Source: Candidatus Sericytochromatia bacterium (GTDB taxonomy: Bacteria > Cyanobacteriota > Sericytochromatia > S15B-MN24 > UBA4093). From it: a stretch of DNA of 64,000 nucleotides. This document shows positions 47,211 to 56,049 of the stretch, piece by piece (within the stretch, counting starts at the first letter, position 1; every line of letters begins with the position of its first letter). The DNA is taken from the NCBI GenBank assembly GCA_036676495.1, contig JAKFCT010000045.1, positions 1 to 64,000 on the forward strand, given 5' to 3'. A model generated the notes under the pieces. It was given only the letters and a program-made list of their open reading frames with translations. It searched no databases and was not told the origin of the DNA. The translations under genes were made by a program, and so were the position numbers.

Positions 47211-47726
47211 TTAGTAGTTCTTGACGCGGAACACGACGATGGCGTTGCCGCCCTTCTTGCCCGTGCCGGCCAAGTCGTACTTCTCGGAGGCGGTGCCGTC
47301 GTTGTCGTAAGTGATCGCGCCGTAGTTGGTCATGTCGGTCGGAACCGCCATGGTACCGGGGGCGATCACTTCGTTGACCTTCTTGGCGAAGTGCGCGGCG
47401 ACAAAGGGGATATTGGCAGTCTGCTGCTTGTTCCAGGGAGTGTTGGGGAATGCCGTGAGGTAGTCGCTGGCCGCGCCGATGACCAAGCCCTCGCCGGCAG
47501 CCGCGGCGGTAAGCGAGGCGGGGTAGACGCCTGCGTAGTCAACGGCGTACTGCTCGACAGCCATCTGAATGGTGTGACCGTTCGCCTGAACGCCCGAGTT
47601 CTTGGCCTTGTCCTGGGCGCCCATGAAGTTGGGAACCGCCACCGAAGCCAAGATGCCGATGATGACGACGACTACCAGCAGCTCGATCAGGGTGAAACCG
47701 CCCTGACCCTTCTTCTTGATTTGCAT
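47211..47726 (-). CDS. Type IV major pilin-like protein
   Basis: Class III signal MQIKKKGQGG|FTLIELLVVVVIIGILASVAVP, strong AGGAGG RBS, own terminator. Confidence 0.88.
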   Translation of the reverse strand: MQIKKKGQGGFTLIELLVVVVIIGILASVAVPNFMGAQDKAKNSGVQANGHTIQMAVEQYAVDYAGVYPASLTAAAAGEGLVIGAASDYLTAFPNTPWNKQQTANIPFVAAHFAKKVNEVIAPGTMAVPTDMTNYGAITYDNDGTASEKYDLAGTGKKGGNAIVVFRVKNY

Positions 47727-47823
47727 TCCATCCTCCTAAATTGCAGGTGCAAGTTTTGGTCCCGCTTGGGGCTACCTATCTCTTCCCTGGAGGGCTAGCG
47801 TCTAAACGGTCGCCCACCGATAT

Positions 47824-47844
47824 TTCTGCGTGAATTTTGCGTGA
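47824..47844. promoter_or_regulatory. Tandem TGCGTGA direct repeat (11-bp period) between the divergent pilin and flagellar operon
   Basis: ttcTGCGTGAatttTGCGTGA. Confidence 0.5.
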
Positions 47845-47984
47845 GGTTCGCCGATCACAGCCATGGCGGGGCCTTGTTGGCTAGGATGGCCTAGAAGTCC
47901 GGAGGTTTGGGCGCTTGCGGACCATGGGTATACAAGGCTCACGGGGAAGCATCACCCCGTCCGGCGTGGGCGGAGGGGGCAGGA

Positions 47985-49064
47985 ATGGCCGATATCAACA
48001 TCCGGAACCCTCTGGGTTCCAACGAGATCCGGCCTGGAGGCGGCGCGCCCCAGGCCCCTCGGATCGTGGGCCCGACCGCTCCTTCCATCGAGCAGTCCGC
48101 TTCCCAGCGCCCGCAAGGCCCCAGCTACTTCGGCTACCACAACGACTCCTCCATCGCCGCCCGCTTGGCCCAGCAAGGCGTTCCCCCCAACGCCGTGAAC
48201 CTGCGCATCGCCCAGCAGATGCTGCGCTACGGGATTCCCCTGGGCGGAGACGCCCTCGCCCAGCTGCGTCACCTCTGGCAGACGATGGGCGCCACCTCGC
48301 TGGTGGACCTGGAGGCCCTCATGGCGCTTTTCGCTTCGGGACACCCCGCCAGCGCCGAGAACATGTCCGCCATGACGCAACTGCTCTCGGGCGGCCCCAT
48401 GAGCCACCTCTTCGCCCGGCTCACCATGATGATGCGCAACCACGGTCAGCTTCCGCAGGCCGCCGAGCTTCAAAACCTCATGACCCAGTTCTGGAAGCTG
48501 GGCAACGGTCCCGATAAACTGGGTGGCGAGCTGGCCCAGTTTGAGCAAATCTTCGCTCGAATGGGTAAATTGGCTTCAGGCGACCTTTCGAGGCTTCCTC
48601 CGGACGTCGCCCAGGGCATGAACCAAATCAAGGACTTCATCGCAGCCCAGCAGCTTCTGCTAAAACAGCCCCAGAACACCGTTTACGTGCCTTTCTTTCA
48701 GTGGCGAGATCAGCAGCCGATGCCCGGTGAGCTGCTCGTCCAGGCGGATCAGGATCCGGCCGCGCAGGCGGCCGGTTACGCGCAGGTGGCGCTGGCGGTG
48801 GACACCCGCAATCTCGGGCGGATGCACCTCGACTTCACGGTCATCCGGGGACATCTGAGCGTGCGGCTGGACGTTCCCGATGCCGGCGTCAAGCAGCTCT
48901 TGGAGCGGGGCCTCGCGGACCTGCGTCACAAGCTGGTGGCTCGGACGCCTTACCAGGTGGCCACCATCCTCTGCAACGAGGTGGGGCAGGCCAAGGCGGT
49001 GAGCGTGCTCTTGCCCAAGCGTCGGGATTTGAGGAAGCTCAGTCGGGCGATCGGAGTGCTGTAG
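47985..49064 (+). CDS. FliK-like protein (C-terminal Flg_hook/T3S4-type domain)
   Basis: C-terminal VALAVDTRNLGRMHLDFTVIRGHLSVRL pattern, Pro/Gln-rich N-terminus, followed by a FlhB-C-like gene. Confidence 0.55.
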   Translation: MADINIRNPLGSNEIRPGGGAPQAPRIVGPTAPSIEQSASQRPQGPSYFGYHNDSSIAARLAQQGVPPNAVNLRIAQQMLRYGIPLGGDALAQLRHLWQTMGATSLVDLEALMALFASGHPASAENMSAMTQLLSGGPMSHLFARLTMMMRNHGQLPQAAELQNLMTQFWKLGNGPDKLGGELAQFEQIFARMGKLASGDLSRLPPDVAQGMNQIKDFIAAQQLLLKQPQNTVYVPFFQWRDQQPMPGELLVQADQDPAAQAAGYAQVALAVDTRNLGRMHLDFTVIRGHLSVRLDVPDAGVKQLLERGLADLRHKLVARTPYQVATILCNEVGQAKAVSVLLPKRRDLRKLSRAIGVL

Positions 49065-49271
49065 ATGAGCGAGAATCAACCCATTCGCTTGCCAGCCAGA
49101 CGCCAATCCCAGGCGCTCACGCCCGCTGCAGCCCAGGCGGTGGCGGAAGTGATGAAGGGGCTGACGGTTCAGGCGGCCATCCCGAGGGAGATGCTGCCGG
49201 CGATCGAGGAGATGCTCGGTTACATCTACGCGATGGATGAGCGGGCCCAGAACGGAAGAGGGAGGAGGTAG
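49065..49271 (+). CDS. Short FlhB C-terminal-like protein (FlhX/YlqH type)
   Basis: IPREMLPAIEEMLGYIYAMD resembles the IP.ELY.AVAE.LA.IY.LD tail of FlhB-C. Confidence 0.5.
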   Translation: MSENQPIRLPARRQSQALTPAAAQAVAEVMKGLTVQAAIPREMLPAIEEMLGYIYAMDERAQNGRGRR

Positions 49272-49272
49272 G

Positions 49273-50019
49273 ATGCTTCGGGGAATCTACACCGCGGCCA
49301 CCGGGATGATGTACCAGCTGGACGCGGTCAACACCATCTCCCATAACCTCGCCAACGTCGAGACCAACGGCTACAAGCGCAAAGAATTGCTTGGCGCCAG
49401 CTTCGGCGACGTGCTGATCGAGATGACCGGTCAGGCGCCCGGCATGCAAGGACTCGTCGGCCAGGGCATCCGCTCGGAGGGCGCGTTCCGCTACGACACG
49501 CCGGGCAACCTGGTTGCCACCGGCAGCCCCTTGACCTTCGCGCTGGCCAACCCCGGTTACTTCGTGGTCCAGCGCCAGGATGGCACCCAGCTCATGACCC
49601 GTGACGGCGACTTCTCGATCGACGAGCAGCGCCGGCTGGTCACCAAGAGCGGAGAGCTGGTGCTTTCCGTTCGCCCGCCCGGAAACCAGCTCGCTCCCGT
49701 CGTGCTCCCCGGAGATCTCGCGGCTTTCAAGGTCTCGCCCGAGGGCAACCTCACGCAGGGCGAGGACTTCCTGGGCAGGCTCGTGGTGGTGAACCCGCCC
49801 GAGGCCCAGATGGCCACCTTCCCGGTCGCCCCCGCCCAGCTCCAGCTGGTGGATGGCGGGGTCAAGCAGGGATTCCTCGAGCACTCCAACGTCAACGTCG
49901 TCACGGAAATGGTCTCGCTCCTGCATGCGAACCGGTCGTTCGGCTTCTCGCAGAAGGTCATCATGGCGCATGACCAGATGCTTCAGAAGGCCGCCAACGA
50001 CCTTGGCCGCATCCAGTAG
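49273..50019 (+). CDS. flgF: Flagellar rod protein FlgF/FlhO
   Basis: MLRGIYTAATGM, HNLANVET.GYKR, TRDGDF, QGFLEHSNVNVVTEMV. Confidence 0.85.
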   Translation: MLRGIYTAATGMMYQLDAVNTISHNLANVETNGYKRKELLGASFGDVLIEMTGQAPGMQGLVGQGIRSEGAFRYDTPGNLVATGSPLTFALANPGYFVVQRQDGTQLMTRDGDFSIDEQRRLVTKSGELVLSVRPPGNQLAPVVLPGDLAAFKVSPEGNLTQGEDFLGRLVVVNPPEAQMATFPVAPAQLQLVDGGVKQGFLEHSNVNVVTEMVSLLHANRSFGFSQKVIMAHDQMLQKAANDLGRIQ

Positions 50020-50043
50020 GCCCTTCAGAGGAGGTTACGCCGA

Positions 50044-50811
50044 ATGATTCACGCGATTTGGACCGCCGCTACGGGCATGCAGGCCCAGCAGATGCGCATC
50101 GACACCATCGCCAACAACTTGTCGAACGTCAACACGACCGCCTACAAGCGCTCGAACGTCGACTTCCAGGATCTCCTGTACCAGACCATCAACCAGCCCG
50201 GCGCGGACACGGCCGGCGTTCAGGTCGGCTTGGGCGTGCGCCCGGTGGCCATCACCAAGCTCTACGAGCAGGGTAACCTCCAGATCACCGAGAACGCGCT
50301 GGATCTGGCCATCGACGGCGAGGGCTTCTTCCAGGTGCGGCGCGCCGACGGCACGGTGGCCTACACCCGGGACGGCTCGTTCAAGCTGGACGCCGAGGGC
50401 AACCTGATCACCTCCACCGGTCTCCAGCTGGAGCCTCAGATCCAGTTCCCGGCCGGTACCACCAACATCTACATCGCCAACAACGGTCAGGTGGCCGCAC
50501 AGCTGCCGGGCCAGCCGGAGCAGGCCCCCATCGGTCAGATCAACCTGGCGCGCTTCGCCAACCCGGCGGGTCTCCAGGCGATGGGCAACAACCTCTTGCT
50601 CCAGACGGCCGCTTCCGGCGAGCCCATCATCGGGCCGGCGGATATCGAGGGCATGGGACGGATCCGGCAGGGAGCGCTGGAAACCTCGAACGTGGAGCTG
50701 GTGCGCGAGATGGTCATGATGATCGCCACCCAGAAGGCCTACGACACCTCGTCCAAGGCCATCAACGTGTCGGACAAGATGATGGAGACCGCGAACAATC
50801 TCCAACGGTAA
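50044..50811 (+). CDS. flgG: Flagellar distal rod protein
   Basis: ANNLSNVNT, FQDLLYQ, DLAIDGEGFFQV, YTRDGSF, LETSNVELVREMV. Confidence 0.92.
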   Translation: MIHAIWTAATGMQAQQMRIDTIANNLSNVNTTAYKRSNVDFQDLLYQTINQPGADTAGVQVGLGVRPVAITKLYEQGNLQITENALDLAIDGEGFFQVRRADGTVAYTRDGSFKLDAEGNLITSTGLQLEPQIQFPAGTTNIYIANNGQVAAQLPGQPEQAPIGQINLARFANPAGLQAMGNNLLLQTAASGEPIIGPADIEGMGRIRQGALETSNVELVREMVMMIATQKAYDTSSKAINVSDKMMETANNLQR

Positions 50812-50827
50812 GGAAAGCTAGGAGGCC

Positions 50828-51556
50828 ATGCACAAGGCGGCAACGCTCGGATTGTTTCTCGTGGCTTGGGCGATCGCGCTCATGCCGGCCCATGCCGCTC
50901 CCTTGCGGGAGCGCGACGTGGTCGAGTTCGTCGCCGAGCAGGCCGCCTTGCGCTATCAGGCCAAGCGATCGGATATCAAGGTCACCTGGGAGGGGACGCG
51001 TCTCGCGTCCCTGGCCGGAGGAGGTCTGGACGGCTCGCAGGTCACCTTGCACCTCGATCCGGATACGCGGCTCGGGGGGAAATCCGCCATTCCCCTGCAG
51101 CTTTTCAAGGACGGGAAGCGCTTCAAGACCATCTTTCCCCGCCTGGAGATCCTGGTCCTGAGGGAGGTCATGGTGGCGGTGAACGGGGTGGCGCGAGGTG
51201 ACGCGATCGCCGAGGGCGACGTGCAGCTCGTGAAGCGGGCCTTGCATACCATCCCCGGAACGCCCATCCTGGGAGGGCCCGAGGTCCTGAAGGGGGCCGT
51301 CGCCAAGCGGTACGTGGCGAAGGGGACGGTTCTGGTGGAGGGGGCCTTCGACTTGCCGCCCTTGGTCCGGAGCGGTAGCATGGTGGCCGTGAAGGTCGTC
51401 AGCGGAGCGCTCACGATCATCGCCAGTGGCCAGGCCGTTTCGGATGGGGCCATGGGGCAGCTGATCCGGGTCGTGAACCTGGACACGCGCAAGGACTTCG
51501 TGGCGCGGGTGGTCGGTGAGAATCGGGTCGAGATCCACCTGGAGGAGGAACGATGA
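50828..51556 (+). CDS. flgA: P-ring assembly chaperone
   Basis: Signal peptide, SAF-like domain, LVRSGS.V, GQAVSDGAMGQLIRVVN; position before flgH/flgI. Confidence 0.85.
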   Translation: MHKAATLGLFLVAWAIALMPAHAAPLRERDVVEFVAEQAALRYQAKRSDIKVTWEGTRLASLAGGGLDGSQVTLHLDPDTRLGGKSAIPLQLFKDGKRFKTIFPRLEILVLREVMVAVNGVARGDAIAEGDVQLVKRALHTIPGTPILGGPEVLKGAVAKRYVAKGTVLVEGAFDLPPLVRSGSMVAVKVVSGALTIIASGQAVSDGAMGQLIRVVNLDTRKDFVARVVGENRVEIHLEEER

Positions 51557-52236
51557 GGAGGTTGGTCATGGGGAAGTGGGCGATGGCAGGCTTGCTCGCC
51601 ACCATGATGACGGGCGCGCCGCTGCTGGGGACCGCACCGTTTCAGGGGATCGCTCCGTTTCTAGGGGTAGCCCCGTTTCTTGGGATAGCTCCGGCGTCGG
51701 CGGATTCGCTTTACCGGGCGGATGATCCCGGTCTCTTGAGCGATCGCCTGGGCGATCGCCGCTCGCAGTTCGGACCGGGCGCGTTGGTCACCGTGATCGT
51801 CACCGAGAACATGCAGGCCTCGACGACGGCGACCACGCGGGCTCAGAAGGAGTCCAAGAACGGGGCCAACTGGAACTTGGGCTCGATCATCCCTCAGGGA
51901 GCCGCGGGCGAGGTGAGCGTCGGAGGCAAGACCGAGTTCGCCGGCGACGGCCTGACCCGCCGGGGAGGGGTCATCACCCTGGAGATCGCCGCCGTGATCC
52001 AGGAGGTCCTGGCCGATGGATCCTTGCGGATCGAGGGTAAGAAGGATCTGAGGGTGAACGACGAGGTCAGCACCGTCACGATCGCGGGCGTCATCCGTCC
52101 CTTCGACATCGATCCGGGAAACCGCGTGGCCTCCACCCGGATCGCCGACCTCAAGCTCGACTACAAGGGCGCCGGCCCGGTCCACGCCAAGACCTCGCCT
52201 GGCTTGTTGTCCCGCCTCTTCAACTGGCTTTTCTAG
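51553..52236 (+). CDS. flgH: Flagellar L-ring protein
   Basis: VTVIVTE, GSLRIEGKK, GVIRPFDIDPGNRVASTRIAD, PGLLSRLF. Confidence 0.9.
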   Translation: MRRLVMGKWAMAGLLATMMTGAPLLGTAPFQGIAPFLGVAPFLGIAPASADSLYRADDPGLLSDRLGDRRSQFGPGALVTVIVTENMQASTTATTRAQKESKNGANWNLGSIIPQGAAGEVSVGGKTEFAGDGLTRRGGVITLEIAAVIQEVLADGSLRIEGKKDLRVNDEVSTVTIAGVIRPFDIDPGNRVASTRIADLKLDYKGAGPVHAKTSPGLLSRLFNWLF

Positions 52237-52245
52237 GAGTCTGAG

Positions 52246-53370
52246 ATGCGCCGCTGGCTGACCCTATTCCTGGCCCTCCTGATGCCGCTGGCTCTCATGA
52301 GCCCGGCCTCGGCCGAGGTCTTCAAATCCGATCAGCCCGTGCGGCTCAAGGACATCGCCTTCGTCCAGGGAGCCGTCGACAACCAGTTGACCGGCCTGGG
52401 CCTGGTGGTGGGTCTCAACGGGACGGGCGACACGCAGCAGACTGGCTTCACCGAGCGGGTGCTTCGCAACCTTGTCATCAACACGGGCGTTTACGTGGCC
52501 CAGGAGCGGATCCGGGCGAAGAACGTGGCGGTCGTGACCGTGACGGCCAAGCTTCCCCCCTTCCTCAAGCCCGGCCAGAAGATCGACGTGACCGTGGCCT
52601 CCATCGGGGACGCCAAGAGCCTCAACAACGGCGTGCTGGTCCAGACCCCCCTGATGGGTCCCGACGGCAAGACCTACGCGGTGGCCGAGGGCTCGCTCTC
52701 CACGGGAGGCTTCGAGGTCTCCGCCAACGGCAGCTCGGTCAGCAAGAACCAGTCCCTGGTCGCCCGCATCCCCAACGGGGGAATCGTCCAGCGCGACGTG
52801 CCCGTGACGATGATCGACGCCAACGGCTTCCTGCACCTCAACCTCAACGAGCCCGACTTCGTGACGGCCTCGCGGGTGGCCGCCGCCATCCAGAAGAGCT
52901 ACCTGGGCACGGCGCAGGCCATCGACGCCGCGACCATCCGGGTCTACGTCACCAGCCAGTACCGGGACAACCTCGTGAACCTGGTCGCACGCCTGGAGCA
53001 GATCAGCGTGCTCCCCGATCTGGTCGCCAAGGTTGTGATCGAGGAGCGAACGGGTACAGTAATCTTGGGGTCGAACGTCCGGATCGGTCCGGTCGCGATC
53101 ACCCACGGCGGGTTGTTGCTCAAGGTGGACACCCAGACGACCGTTTCGCAGCCCAACGCCCTCTCTGCGGGCGCGACGACGGTCGTGACCAACTCGTCGG
53201 TTTCTGCCGAGGAGCAGAAGGCCAAGAGCGTGGTGCTCGACGCCGGGACCACCCTGGGGCAGCTGGTGAGGGCGCTGAACGCGCTGGGCACCACGCCGCG
53301 GGAGCTGATCTCGATCGTGCAGAACATCAAGGCGGCCGGGGCGTTGAACGCCCAGCTGGAAATCATCTAG
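52246..53370 (+). CDS. flgI: Flagellar P-ring protein
   Basis: RLKDIA, NQLTGLGLVVGLNGTGD, GDAKSL, ERTGTV, AAGALNAQLEII. Confidence 0.95.
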   Translation: MRRWLTLFLALLMPLALMSPASAEVFKSDQPVRLKDIAFVQGAVDNQLTGLGLVVGLNGTGDTQQTGFTERVLRNLVINTGVYVAQERIRAKNVAVVTVTAKLPPFLKPGQKIDVTVASIGDAKSLNNGVLVQTPLMGPDGKTYAVAEGSLSTGGFEVSANGSSVSKNQSLVARIPNGGIVQRDVPVTMIDANGFLHLNLNEPDFVTASRVAAAIQKSYLGTAQAIDAATIRVYVTSQYRDNLVNLVARLEQISVLPDLVAKVVIEERTGTVILGSNVRIGPVAITHGGLLLKVDTQTTVSQPNALSAGATTVVTNSSVSAEEQKAKSVVLDAGTTLGQLVRALNALGTTPRELISIVQNIKAAGALNAQLEII

Positions 53371-53393
53371 CCGCTGTCGGCAAGGAGTGAGCC

Positions 53394-53729
53394 GTGGACC
53401 GTATCAACCCTTATATGAGCGGGTTTCCGCTGAGTCCACTCTCGGCCGCTCCCATGCCCGTCGCTCCGAAGCAGGGGCTCGGCCTGGAGGAGACCCGCCA
53501 GGCGGCCGAGGAGTTCGCCGGTTATCTTTTTGCCCAGGTCTTCAGCCAGATGCGGCCGGAGTCCAATGAGGAGGGGGGATTGTTCTCGGGAGAGAACGCC
53601 GAAATGTTCATGAGCTTCTTTGATCAGGCTGTTGGCAAGAGCTTCGCAAACTCGGGCTCTGGCAACCAACTGGTGGACCAGTTGGTGCAGCAGCTCGTTC
53701 AAGCTCAGTCGAAAGCCCAGCAGGAGTAG
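53394..53729 (+). CDS. flgJ: Rod-cap protein, rod-binding domain only
   Basis: AAEEFAGYLFAQVFSQMR...GLFSG, no muramidase domain; follows flgI. Confidence 0.75.
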   Translation: MDRINPYMSGFPLSPLSAAPMPVAPKQGLGLEETRQAAEEFAGYLFAQVFSQMRPESNEEGGLFSGENAEMFMSFFDQAVGKSFANSGSGNQLVDQLVQQLVQAQSKAQQE

Positions 53730-53738
53730 GAGCGCACG

Positions 53739-54410
53739 GTGAAGAAGCCTGTCACGTCAGCGAAACGGATGGATGATGCCGCCATCAAGCAATACTTGCC
53801 GATGGTTCGGGCGATCGCCCGTCGCCTCTCCACCAAGCTGCCGCGTCACTACGATGTCGAGGACTTGGTCTCCGACGGCATCATGGGCCTGATGGCCGCG
53901 GCCGATCGCTTCGATCCCGAGCGCGGCGTCAAGTTCGAGACCTTCGCCACCTACTACATCAAGGGGGCCATCCTCGACAACCTGCCCAAGCTGCCCACCA
54001 TCCCCAAGAACCAGCGCCAGCAGGTCGAGGACGAGAACTCCGAAGAGGCGATGCAGAGCTCCCTGACCCAGCTCGCCTACTCGTACATCCTCAGCCTGGA
54101 CGCCCCGTCCGGCTCGGACGGCGACGAGTCCTTCTCGCTGCTCAACCAGCTGGGCTCCAGTGACACCATCCAGAACGAGATGGAGCTGGAAGATCTTCAG
54201 CAGACCCTGCGCCTCACCATCGAGCAGTTGCCGGTCCAGGAGCGCACCACGCTGCGCTACTACTACTTCCACAACATGTCGTTCAACGAGATCGGCCAGA
54301 AGCTGGGTCTGTCGGAGTCCTGGGTCAGCCGCATCCACCGCAGGGCGCTGGAGCAGCTCAAGCAGAAGCTGGGCAAGAAGAAGAGCATCGACGACTTTAT
54401 TAGTTGGTAG
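53739..54410 (+). CDS. fliA: FliA/WhiG-family sigma factor, divergent
   Basis: DLVSDGIMGL, RFDPERGVKFETFA, region 4 EIGQKLGLSESWVSRIH; region 3 shortened. Confidence 0.85.
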   Translation: MKKPVTSAKRMDDAAIKQYLPMVRAIARRLSTKLPRHYDVEDLVSDGIMGLMAAADRFDPERGVKFETFATYYIKGAILDNLPKLPTIPKNQRQQVEDENSEEAMQSSLTQLAYSYILSLDAPSGSDGDESFSLLNQLGSSDTIQNEMELEDLQQTLRLTIEQLPVQERTTLRYYYFHNMSFNEIGQKLGLSESWVSRIHRRALEQLKQKLGKKKSIDDFISW

Positions 54411-54444
54411 CTGCAGACGCTAGTTGGTAGGGGTATCCGTTGCC

Positions 54445-54497
54445 GTCATTCCCGCGGAAGCGGGAATCCACTGGACCCCCGCTTTCGCGGGGGTGAC
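54445..54497. repeat. REP-like double palindrome
   Basis: gtcattcccgcggaagcgggaatcca-c-tggacccccgctttcgcgggggtgac; related copy at 40347. Confidence 0.8.
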
Positions 54498-54519
54498 GAG
54501 AGAGGAAGGGGGTGTCAGC

Positions 54520-54942
54520 ATGTTCGGAATGGAACTCAAAGGTCTCGAGCGCGCTCTGGACGGCCTGAGCACCCGCTTTTCGGCCCAGGCGAACAACGTC
54601 GCCAACGTCAACACTCCCAACTATCAGCGCCAGGTGGTCAACTTCGAGGACTCCCTCAAGGCCATCCTGGAAACCGCCAAGGCTGAGGGCTCCCAGGAGC
54701 CATTCGAGAATCCGATGCAGGGCTTCTTCGGGCAGTCGTCGACCGATGCCGCCGCCATGCTCGAGATGTGGTCGCCGACCGTGACCACGGTGGAAAACAA
54801 AGCTTTCCGCCGCGACGGCAACGGCACCTCCATCGAGTCCGAGATGGCGGACGTGGTCAAGACCGTCCAGCGCTTCAACACGGTGACCACCATGTTGGCC
54901 TCCGAGTATCGGACGCTCAAGTTCGTCATCGACGCGAAGTAA
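54520..54942 (+). CDS. flgB: Flagellar proximal rod protein
   Basis: ANNVANVNTPNYQ, RRDGNGTSIESEM; start ATG 54520. Confidence 0.9.
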   Translation: MFGMELKGLERALDGLSTRFSAQANNVANVNTPNYQRQVVNFEDSLKAILETAKAEGSQEPFENPMQGFFGQSSTDAAAMLEMWSPTVTTVENKAFRRDGNGTSIESEMADVVKTVQRFNTVTTMLASEYRTLKFVIDAK

Positions 54943-54952
54943 TTTGTCGCTT

Positions 54953-55016
54953 GGCGGGCGCAGAGGCCCGCCCTACTGCCCCTACCTTAACCGTGGCACG
55001 GGCGTCCCTGCCCGCG
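54953..55016. repeat. Two GTAG/GTGG-type REP-like hairpins
   Basis: ggcgggc-gcagag-gcccgccctac and gtggcacgggcgtccctgcccgcg. Confidence 0.5.
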
Positions 55017-55247
55017 CATGTCCGCCTGTGCGTTCTTGCAGCGCGTCCTCGCCTGCGATCACGCTCGGCGTGACCGATGCCACGGCTTCCGACTTCAGCG
55101 CTCGGTATTATGTAACGAGCCCCCTTGCCGGTGCCGCTTGTAGGCTTAAGCGGGTTTTAAACCCCAAACCGTGCTACCAAGCCCTTTCCCGGGTATAGGG
55201 GGAGTAGTGTGATTAGCCAGACCGGTCCTTCGACCTGAGGGGGAGTC

Positions 55248-55655
55248 ATGAGCATCTACAACGTCTTCGATGTTTCGGCCTCCGCGCTGACCGCCAACCG
55301 CTTCTGGTTGGAGGCGATTTCGAATAACATGGCGAACTCCGCCGCCACCCGGACGCCGGACGGTGGGCCCTACCAGCGCCAGATGCCGGTCTTCCAGACC
55401 CTGCTCGACGAGGCGACGGGCCAGCTCAAGGGCGTGCAGGTCGCCGGCACCCACAAGGACCAGACTCCCGGGCCCTTGGTCTACAAGCCCGGCCATCCCG
55501 ACGCGGATCCCAACGGCTTCGTGAGGATGCCCAACGTCAACGTCGTGACCGAGATGGTCGACATGATCGCCGTCAGCCGGGCCTACGACTCCAACGTGAC
55601 CATCGCCAACGCGGCCAAGAACATGCACCAGAAGTCCCTCGAGATCGGGCGATAG
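55248..55655 (+). CDS. flgC: Flagellar proximal rod protein
   Basis: SNNMANS, GGPYQR, YKPGHPDADPNGFVRMPNVNVVTEMVDMI. Confidence 0.95.
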   Translation: MSIYNVFDVSASALTANRFWLEAISNNMANSAATRTPDGGPYQRQMPVFQTLLDEATGQLKGVQVAGTHKDQTPGPLVYKPGHPDADPNGFVRMPNVNVVTEMVDMIAVSRAYDSNVTIANAAKNMHQKSLEIGR

Positions 55656-55664
55656 GAGGCTCTG

Positions 55665-56048
55665 ATGCTCGTCAACTACCACCAGCTCAACGCCCTGCCG
55701 GGCCGCAACGATCCGCTCGCCGCCTTCAACGAGTTCGAGGACAAGTTCGCCCAGTTCGGCCTTCAAAACAACCCGGAGTTCCCCGGGACGCTCGATCCGT
55801 CGGCGAACGTCCTCAATCCCGGCGAGACCCGGGACTTCGGGGACGTGCTCAAGGACGCCATCCAGGGCGTGAGCGACAAGCACCACCATGCGCTGGAGCT
55901 CGGCGTGGACTTCAGCCTGGGTAAGCCCATCGACCCCCACCAGATCATGCTGGCGGTGACCCAGGCCGAGACCCAGGTTCACCTGACCTCGGCCGTCACG
56001 ACGCGCGTCGCCCAGGGCTATCAGACCCTGATGAACATGCAAATCTAG
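55665..56048 (+). CDS. fliE: Flagellar hook-basal body protein
   Basis: FGDVLKDAI..V, DPHQIMLAVTQAE, C-terminal YQTLMNMQI. Confidence 0.88.
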   Translation: MLVNYHQLNALPGRNDPLAAFNEFEDKFAQFGLQNNPEFPGTLDPSANVLNPGETRDFGDVLKDAIQGVSDKHHHALELGVDFSLGKPIDPHQIMLAVTQAETQVHLTSAVTTRVAQGYQTLMNMQI

Positions 56049-56049
56049 T

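Noticed and set aside
47802-47823. Sigma-28 promoter (TAAA...CCGATAT)
   Set aside because: Spacer is about 9 nt rather than 15
54424-54519. N-terminal extension of FlgB (VIPAEAGIHWTPAFAGVT)
   Set aside because: It is the translated REP palindrome; ATG 54520 has its own purine-rich RBS
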